Source of the DNA: Nitrosopumilaceae archaeon
Lineage (GTDB): Archaea; Thermoproteota; Nitrososphaeria; Nitrososphaerales; Nitrosopumilaceae
Direction of reading: 5' to 3'
DNA length: 64,000 nt
NCBI GenBank assembly: GCA_965207375.1
Contig: OZ242274.1
Span: forward strand, 128,001 to 192,000
The translations under genes and the position numbers were made by a program. Below the pieces are notes generated by a model. The model saw nothing but the letters and a program-made list of their open reading frames with translations, did not search any database and was not told the origin of the DNA. Shown piece by piece: positions 57,790 through 64,000 of the stretch. Each line of letters starts with the position of its first letter. Position 1 is the stretch's first letter.

Positions 57790-60700
57790 CTAGTTGACAG
57801 TTATTGTGAGTTCGTTTGGTGGTGATAGTGCAGTTGGATTATCTACAGACTCCCAAACAAATGCAGTTGCAGTGTATGTTCCTGCCTCTGATGGGGTCCA
57901 TGATAATGCTGGACTAAACGACTGTGAAGGTGTCAATGTTCCTGAAACCCATGCAAGGGCTACAGTTACACTGCTACTATCCTGAATCTGTACGATGTAT
58001 GCAAATGGCTGATCTTTATCCTGACCGTTTGCTAGGTCGGCTGTAATCTGTACCTGTTGATCCACGTCGACCGTATCTAGCGTATTGCTAAATGCATCAA
58101 CTACTCTCAAGTTGGTAGCTGGTGCTCGTTCGAGTGGAGGTATGATTGAGCCAATCTGGGTTGTGGCAGTAATATCGATTTCATCTGATGTATCGTGTGG
58201 ATCAGGTAGTGTACGGTCGTTATATTCTGCAGTGACAGTGTCGCCTTCTGAAACTCTCAGTCTGTGACCGGAGGATGTATCAGATACGGTAAAGAATGCT
58301 GTGCCTTCAAAGATTCCGGTTGCCTGGTTTGTCTCAGTTACAGTCAAGTCAATACCTCCGACATCTGAATCAGACCAGACGTTAACCTCAAAGTTATCGA
58401 CTGATTCTGGATTCAAATTCATGTCTGGGTCTATTACCCTGATTACGCCTGTACCGCTAGCTGCATAGCTTGCTTCTAACCACTGAACCTCACCGATATT
58501 CCATCTGATTAGTGCTGATCCTACTACCGTTTCATCCTCTGAAAATTCAAAGGAGATAGAAAGACCATCATCGTCTTCAGTTGCTAGGAATCCGTTTGTT
58601 GGTCCTAAGTTGTCAGTTTGGCCTTTACCGTCACCGGTAATTGCTCTTGCATCGTCTTTTTCGCCGTCACCATTAGCATCGTGTGCAAATCCAGTAAGGA
58701 TTACCTCACCAGTAAAGATTCCAGTGTTAGGTCCTGTCTCAACCAGTTTGTATTGGTCAAGGTCGTCACCTCTTGTTGCAATCTTTATTGGATCGTCACC
58801 AGTATTACCTATTTCATCTACCAAGTCAGAATCGAAGTTGTGATCAGGTGCTACAATAGTTATGTAGACCTTATCAGTCCAAGTGTAAACCTTTTGGTCT
58901 AGCTCCACTGTACTGCCAAAGTTTGATGTAAAGATTGTAAGATTAATATCTTCATCTTCATCACCAACGTGGTCAGAACCAGATGGGCCCCAATCGGTAT
59001 ATTCTAGTTCGATTTCTTCACCTCTTTCGAGTTTGTCGCCGCCTAGTTCTGCAGGAACTTCGACTACAACCTGGAAGACTCCAGTGCTGTCACCTGTTTC
59101 TCTAAAGTCGGCTGGTTCTGGATCAAATGCTGCTGCATCTGTTCCATATTTACCCATACTCGTTGTGCCTGCATCTGAATCCCACTCGATTAAGTCAAGT
59201 GGATATGTCTCTGCTCCATCATTGTCAAGATCAAAGTCTGGCTCTATTAGAGTCAAGATCATGTCACTTCCAATGATGTAGACTGACTTGCCAGATTGCA
59301 GTACGGCGTTTCTTAGGTCAAATGTAGCTGAATCAGTAATTGTGTTTGGCTCACCAGATGCGTCTGTTGGATCTTCATACTGTACAGTAATAATATCTCC
59401 TTGCAGAATACATCCATCTTTGAATATGTTATTTGCAGCATTTGGATATACTGGACAATCGTTTGTAGGTCCATCATTGTAGCTGATTGGAATATCTGCT
59501 TCAAAGATTCCAGCGTCAGGTGCAATCTCTGTAATTGGACCATACTCCTTTGCAGTAGTATTTGTAGCCTCAATTACATTTTCTCCACCTGCTGTTGCAA
59601 CAATTTTAGAAGCTTGTCCTCTTGAAACAGTAACCTCGATAGGTCCTTTTGTGCCTGATGCGATTGTATCTTCACCAGAGGCTGACAAATCATAGTCAGG
59701 ATCAGAGACTCTGACATGAATTATTGCATCGCCTTGTGGCAAATATCCACTAGCACCTTCGTCCTTAAACTTGGATCCATCTGAAGTATCAATTGATGGA
59801 TGAAGTGGGAATGCATTATCTGCGAATGGAACTGGGTAAACCGTTCTGTCAAGAGATATTGAACCAGTGCTGGCTCGTACACCTGCTGAATCACCTACTT
59901 CGATGATTTCACCAGATTCGTCTCTATAGTCAAGATAGTTTACTTCAATGTCAGTACCGGTAACAGATAATCGTTTACCGTCGTCATTGTTTTCACCATT
60001 GATTTCTGTTGGACAATACATTGCTGGAATCTGGAATGAACCAGTAAAGACACCGCTTGCAGTTTCGGTTTCAATTAGTGTGAAACCTGTTTCATGTAAG
60101 CCGTCATCAGAGTTTGGATCATCTCCACACTCATTTACAGTCCATGTCTCGTCATCAAAGGTAACATCAAGTATTCGTCCTAATGGATTACCAGATTCAC
60201 TGATTGTTTTGTTAGCGCCAATTGATTTACTGTAAGACTTTGATACGTCTTTTCCGACTGTGTCGGCCAAGTCGCCGTCTTCGACTACGGTAAATATGTC
60301 AATCAAGTCACTATCCACGTTCAAGTCAGCATCAGTCAATTTGACAATCACTGTATCAGCCACCTTGTAGGATTTTGAATCAAGTGATACCACACCAGAG
60401 TGTGATGGTGCTGCTTGTTGGTCAGCAATCTGTGTTGAAACACCGTCTGCTCCTAGGTCAAGATAATTGACTCGAGGAGAGTCTTCATCTGTTAGATCCT
60501 CCATTACGATAAATGTTGGTTCATCAGATATTGGACTAAGACCTTTGTATGTATCTGCGTCTAGTATGTTGAGTTGGTTTAACATGGTGTATTCAAGGCC
60601 ACCTACAAAGGTGTCAGTGTTATCACCAGTTTCTTCCAATTCAAGTCTGACTATTTGGTTAGCTGTTCTTCCGTCATCGCCAAATCCAAATGCGAAAAAG

Positions 60701-63700
60701 TCCAATACAATTGGATCTGCTTTAGCATCAGTCTTGGCGTTAGTTTTGACGTTGTCTTTATGATATTCAATGAGTATTGCTAATTCACTGTCGTCATGAA
60801 TGTCCAAGATGTTTGTGATTGTTGCATTGTGAGTGTGTGCTTTGTCTGTTTGGTCTACCTGAACTGTTTGTCCAAAGATTTCACCAAATGAGTTGATTGC
60901 ACAGTCAATACATGATACTAACTGTGGGCTGTTCAACATTGGTATAGATGATGTAGAAGCACAAGTGTTAACTGGATCAGCTGCTTTGTATGTAAAGCTA
61001 GTAGCAGTTGCATCGTCAGCTATCTCAAGTACGTCATAGATTGTACATTCAAGATCACCGTTGGCGCCAAGAATTGTACTGTGTGTCAAGGAACTGGCAT
61101 TGTATGCACGAGCTACATCTGGCAAGATTTGCTTTAGTTGCTCGGCTGTGCCATCTTTTCCAAGTTGATCTATGGCTCGTGCCATGATTTGACCTGCGTC
61201 GTATGCGGCATATACATGCCTATCAGCATATTCGTTTCCTTGGTTGGCTATATCATGTAATTTTTTAGCGTTAGCGCTGTCTAGTGCAAACTTTATCGTT
61301 TTCATGTCTGTGGCTTTTAGCAATGCAATTCCATCAGCGTCAAGTGCTGCTGGAACGGTTGCTGCAAGGTCTGGAATGAAGATGTTTGTTGTTTCAATTC
61401 CTGTATAGATATACGTACCATTAGTGTGTGTCTTAGATAGTTCCATGATTACAGTTTCAACTTCACCAAATCCTAGAATCACAATTGCGGTGTTTGCTGC
61501 AATAGTGCCTACGTTTGCTGGGGTCAATTTGCTCATTATTTCACCTGTCAAGTCTGTTGCAGATGAATTGTATGCAATCTCTTTGTGGTTGTTACCATAT
61601 AGAGTGACTAGTTGATCTTTAAAGTCAGCACTCCATGCATCGTCGCGATGTATGGTTATGACGTTTGCAATAGTAGCATTATCTAACTGTGGCTTCAAAA
61701 CCTCAGCTGTCTGACGTTTATTGTCCATAGTTAGTCTGAATATATTGTCGTCAAGTGATAGCGTTGAAGCAGTTGAAGCATAACTTAGGAAGACAATTCT
61801 AGATTCATCCTTGTATTTTGTCAACTGTTCTGAGCTGTATGTGCCGACAACTCCTATATGTTCATCACGAACTATTGGGTCAATGTCTGCGGTAGTACCG
61901 GCAGTGATGTTATATCGTACGTCATAAATAGTCGTATTTTGTTGCCTTCTGTCTTCATTATGATAATCGCCTATGGCAATACCAAATGCTTCAAAGAATT
62001 GTTGTTCGTAGTTATCAGCTATATTAAGATACAGCATTGGAATGTTAACATCGCCAGCGTCAAAGGCTACTCTGTCTGGAATTACCACTGGAGTTGGTGC
62101 TGGTGCAGTTATTGTGATAGTAATAGATTCTCTATCAAAACCACCTTTTCCGTCACTTGCTGTAAACATTACATTGTTTGTGACACTTTCAGTTGGTGTA
62201 TTCCAAGTGAATGTGTGGCCTACTAGAGTTGATCCTGTTGGCTTACCGATCACATTGTAATTAACCCTGTCACCATCTGGATCAGGTGCAGAGAGAGTGA
62301 AGGATAGTGCTGTGCCTTCTTGGTGTGTTATATCACCGATTTCTGCCAAGACTGGAGGTCTATTTACTGTGATAGTAATAGTCTCGGAATCCATACCAGA
62401 TGCGTCAGCTGCTGTGAATGTTACTCTGTGTGTGCCTGAACTTGATGGAGTCCAAGTGAATTCACCTGTGCGGTTGTCAAATGTTACTCCTGTTAGACGT
62501 GGGGTCATATTGTAAGTAATACTGTCGCCATCTGCATCAGTTGCATTAACTGTGAAGGTCAATGTTTCATCTACGTTTACAAATTTATCACCTATTGGGT
62601 CTAAATCTGGAGCGGTGTTAGATGAGCCTCCATTGGTTTGTGCTGCATTTACGGTTATAGTAACAGTCTCTGTATCACTGCCTCCGTTACCGTCAGATAC
62701 AGTAAACAGGATGTTTACAGAACCTTGGGCTGTTGGAGTGAATGTAAAGACGTTGGCAGTGTTTGTTGGCAGTGTTTCTGCATTATCTTCTGTATAGATC
62801 AAAGTATCGCTAGTGTCAGCGTCAGTTGCTACAACAGTTAGTGTCAATGATTGACCTACTGTTACTGTTCTAGCACCGGTTACTGATGATATGACTGGAT
62901 CTGCGTTAGCTGGTGCAGTTGGAGTTGCCGGTACATTAATAGATGCTGGGCCTGTTCCTTCTGCGTTTGTTGCACTTACTTTAAAGATGTAGTTTTGATC
63001 GTTTGTGAGACCTGTTATTGTAGCGGTTGTTCCCGTTACTGTAACAGGAGTGAAGGTGTTTCCTGCATCTGCACTGTATTGTACTGTGTAGTTGAGGATT
63101 TGTGAATTGCCGTCATGTGGTTGATTCCACTCTAGTGTGACTTGAGTATCACCTACTGTAGCGTTAAGACCTGTTACTTGTTCAGGTATAGTAGCTGTTG
63201 CTGATGGAATTGCAGTATCAACATTAGATGCTGGTCCTGCTCCTTGTGCATTTGTTGCAAGTACTCGGAAGTGGTATGTTTGACCGTTAGTAAGTCCAGT
63301 TACCATAGCAGTTGTTCCAGTTACAGTTGTAGAATCAACGAAGTTAGTTCCATCAGTACTTTGTTGTACTGTATAACCTGTTGCTGGAGTACCAGTGCTT
63401 GGTGCTTTCCATTCTAGTGCAACTGCTGCGTCTCTACCTTGTGCTATAAGACCAGTTGGTGCATTAGGTTCTGCTATAGTTTTAGGACATTCAACAGCGT
63501 TAGTAGTTTCTTGTGTTGGAGTTTTAAGTGCAAATGTTCCAGAACTATCATCAATCTCAAATATGTCATAGACCATACATGCTAGGTCACCATCTGCGTT
63601 TAGCTTTGTATTGTATATCAAAGCGTTAGGACTATAATCGTTTGCTACGATTGGAATCCGTTTGTTTAGTTGTTCAGATGTGTAATCCAATTCACCATCT

Positions 63701-64000
63701 TCTGATCTAAGATCATCTATGGCTTGTGTCAGAATCTGACCTGCGTCGTATGCGGCGTATGCATGTCTGTCAAAGATGTTACCAAAACTGTCAAGATTAA
63801 CACGATCAGAAGGACTCTGATTTTGTAGAGAGGTCTTCAATGCTGTTTGATCATCAGTGTTGTCACTTAGTGCAAACTTTATCGTCTGCATGTTTGTGGC
63901 TTTTAGTAATGCAATAGCATCATCGTTTATAGTAGTACCGAATGCACCACTTGGAACATCAGGAATGATGAACTTTGTGGTCTCGATTCCTTCAAAAACA
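57790..64000 (-). CDS. Giant S-layer (SlaA-like) fusion protein with PBP type 1-like, Fn3 and Ig/cadherin-like domains; 5' end outside the window
   Basis: The C-terminal ~1000 aa show thaumarchaeal S-layer motifs (LELEETGDNT, DLTDEDSPRVNYLDLGADGV, LVETGPNTGIFTG, AFVWESVDNPTALSP). The frame stays open from 63891 to the window edge (VFEGIETTKFIIPD..LLKATNM). Confidence 0.9.
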   Translation of the reverse strand, partial: VFEGIETTKFIIPDVPSGAFGTTINDDAIALLKATNMQTIKFALSDNTDDQTALKTSLQNQSPSDRVNLDSFGNIFDRHAYAAYDAGQILTQAIDDLRSEDGELDYTSEQLNKRIPIVANDYSPNALIYNTKLNADGDLACMVYDIFEIDDSSGTFALKTPTQETTNAVECPKTIAEPNAPTGLIAQGRDAAVALEWKAPSTGTPATGYTVQQSTDGTNFVDSTTVTGTTAMVTGLTNGQTYHFRVLATNAQGAGPASNVDTAIPSATATIPEQVTGLNATVGDTQVTLEWNQPHDGNSQILNYTVQYSADAGNTFTPVTVTGTTATITGLTNDQNYIFKVSATNAEGTGPASINVPATPTAPANADPVISSVTGARTVTVGQSLTLTVVATDADTSDTLIYTEDNAETLPTNTANVFTFTPTAQGSVNILFTVSDGNGGSDTETVTITVNAAQTNGGSSNTAPDLDPIGDKFVNVDETLTFTVNATDADGDSITYNMTPRLTGVTFDNRTGEFTWTPSSSGTHRVTFTAADASGMDSETITITVNRPPVLAEIGDITHQEGTALSFTLSAPDPDGDRVNYNVIGKPTGSTLVGHTFTWNTPTESVTNNVMFTASDGKGGFDRESITITITAPAPTPVVIPDRVAFDAGDVNIPMLYLNIADNYEQQFFEAFGIAIGDYHNEDRRQQNTTIYDVRYNITAGTTADIDPIVRDEHIGVVGTYSSEQLTKYKDESRIVFLSYASTASTLSLDDNIFRLTMDNKRQTAEVLKPQLDNATIANVITIHRDDAWSADFKDQLVTLYGNNHKEIAYNSSATDLTGEIMSKLTPANVGTIAANTAIVILGFGEVETVIMELSKTHTNGTYIYTGIETTNIFIPDLAATVPAALDADGIALLKATDMKTIKFALDSANAKKLHDIANQGNEYADRHVYAAYDAGQIMARAIDQLGKDGTAEQLKQILPDVARAYNASSLTHSTILGANGDLECTIYDVLEIADDATATSFTYKAADPVNTCASTSSIPMLNSPQLVSCIDCAINSFGEIFGQTVQVDQTDKAHTHNATITNILDIHDDSELAILIEYHKDNVKTNAKTDAKADPIVLDFFAFGFGDDGRTANQIVRLELEETGDNTDTFVGGLEYTMLNQLNILDADTYKGLSPISDEPTFIVMEDLTDEDSPRVNYLDLGADGVSTQIADQQAAPSHSGVVSLDSKSYKVADTVIVKLTDADLNVDSDLIDIFTVVEDGDLADTVGKDVSKSYSKSIGANKTISESGNPLGRILDVTFDDETWTVNECGDDPNSDDGLHETGFTLIETETASGVFTGSFQIPAMYCPTEINGENNDDGKRLSVTGTDIEVNYLDYRDESGEIIEVGDSAGVRASTGSISLDRTVYPVPFADNAFPLHPSIDTSDGSKFKDEGASGYLPQGDAIIHVRVSDPDYDLSASGEDTIASGTKGPIEVTVSRGQASKIVATAGGENVIEATNTTAKEYGPITEIAPDAGIFEADIPISYNDGPTNDCPVYPNAANNIFKDGCILQGDIITVQYEDPTDASGEPNTITDSATFDLRNAVLQSGKSVYIIGSDMILTLIEPDFDLDNDGAETYPLDLIEWDSDAGTTSMGKYGTDAAAFDPEPADFRETGDSTGVFQVVVEVPAELGGDKLERGEEIELEYTDWGPSGSDHVGDEDEDINLTIFTSNFGSTVELDQKVYTWTDKVYITIVAPDHNFDSDLVDEIGNTGDDPIKIATRGDDLDQYKLVETGPNTGIFTGEVILTGFAHDANGDGEKDDARAITGDGKGQTDNLGPTNGFLATEDDDGLSISFEFSEDETVVGSALIRWNIGEVQWLEASYAASGTGVIRVIDPDMNLNPESVDNFEVNVWSDSDVGGIDLTVTETNQATGIFEGTAFFTVSDTSSGHRLRVSEGDTVTAEYNDRTLPDPHDTSDEIDITATTQIGSIIPPLERAPATNLRVVDAFSNTLDTVDVDQQVQITADLANGQDKDQPFAYIVQIQDSSSVTVALAWVSGTLTPSQSFSPALSWTPSEAGTYTATAFVWESVDNPTALSPPNELTITVN

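Noticed and set aside
1085-62841. Numerous 60-170 aa ORFs antisense to or overlapping the long genes
   Set aside because: These are shadow ORFs of well-supported genes on the opposite strand, with no motifs of their own.

Overview
The window comes from an ammonia-oxidising archaeon (Nitrososphaerota/Thaumarchaeota, Nitrosopumilaceae-like). This is inferred from the 11-subunit nuo operon lacking nuoEFG, the acetyl/propionyl-CoA carboxylase genes and an SlaA-type S-layer C-terminus. A core block (about 24.5-45 kb) carries four tRNAs, a PqqC-like gene, a prenyl synthase, nuoA-N, a peroxiredoxin, accB/accC/pccB, rfcL and an IMPase. It is flanked by two accessory regions, each starting with a tyrosine integrase just downstream of a tRNA 3' end. 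The left island (tRNA-CAT, extending beyond base 1) has a satellite/plasmid-like replication module (wHTH regulator, coupled micro-ORFs, SF3 primase-helicase, symmetric iteron-like origin), two single-ORF IS66 elements plus a truncated copy, and a Schlafen/AlbA_2 protein. It also has two repeat-flanked cassettes encoding secreted proteins, two modular membrane paralogues, an HNH nuclease and the phosphorothioation genes dndB-dndC-dndD. The right island (tRNA-Lys) has DUF4760-like and CAP genes, a HaeIII-family endonuclease paired with a Dam-family adenine methylase, and a four-gene ParB-like / SNF2 helicase / DUF3883 nuclease / PD-(D/E)xK-Zn-finger operon. These are followed by three tandem Lys/Tyr-rich 15-aa-repeat genes and a giant chimeric S-layer gene that runs off the right edge. 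The best candidates for undescribed systems are the ParB-SNF2-nuclease operon, the three 15-aa-repeat genes, the satellite-like replicon and the repeat-flanked cassette pair. All family calls come from motif recognition by eye; no database search was run.
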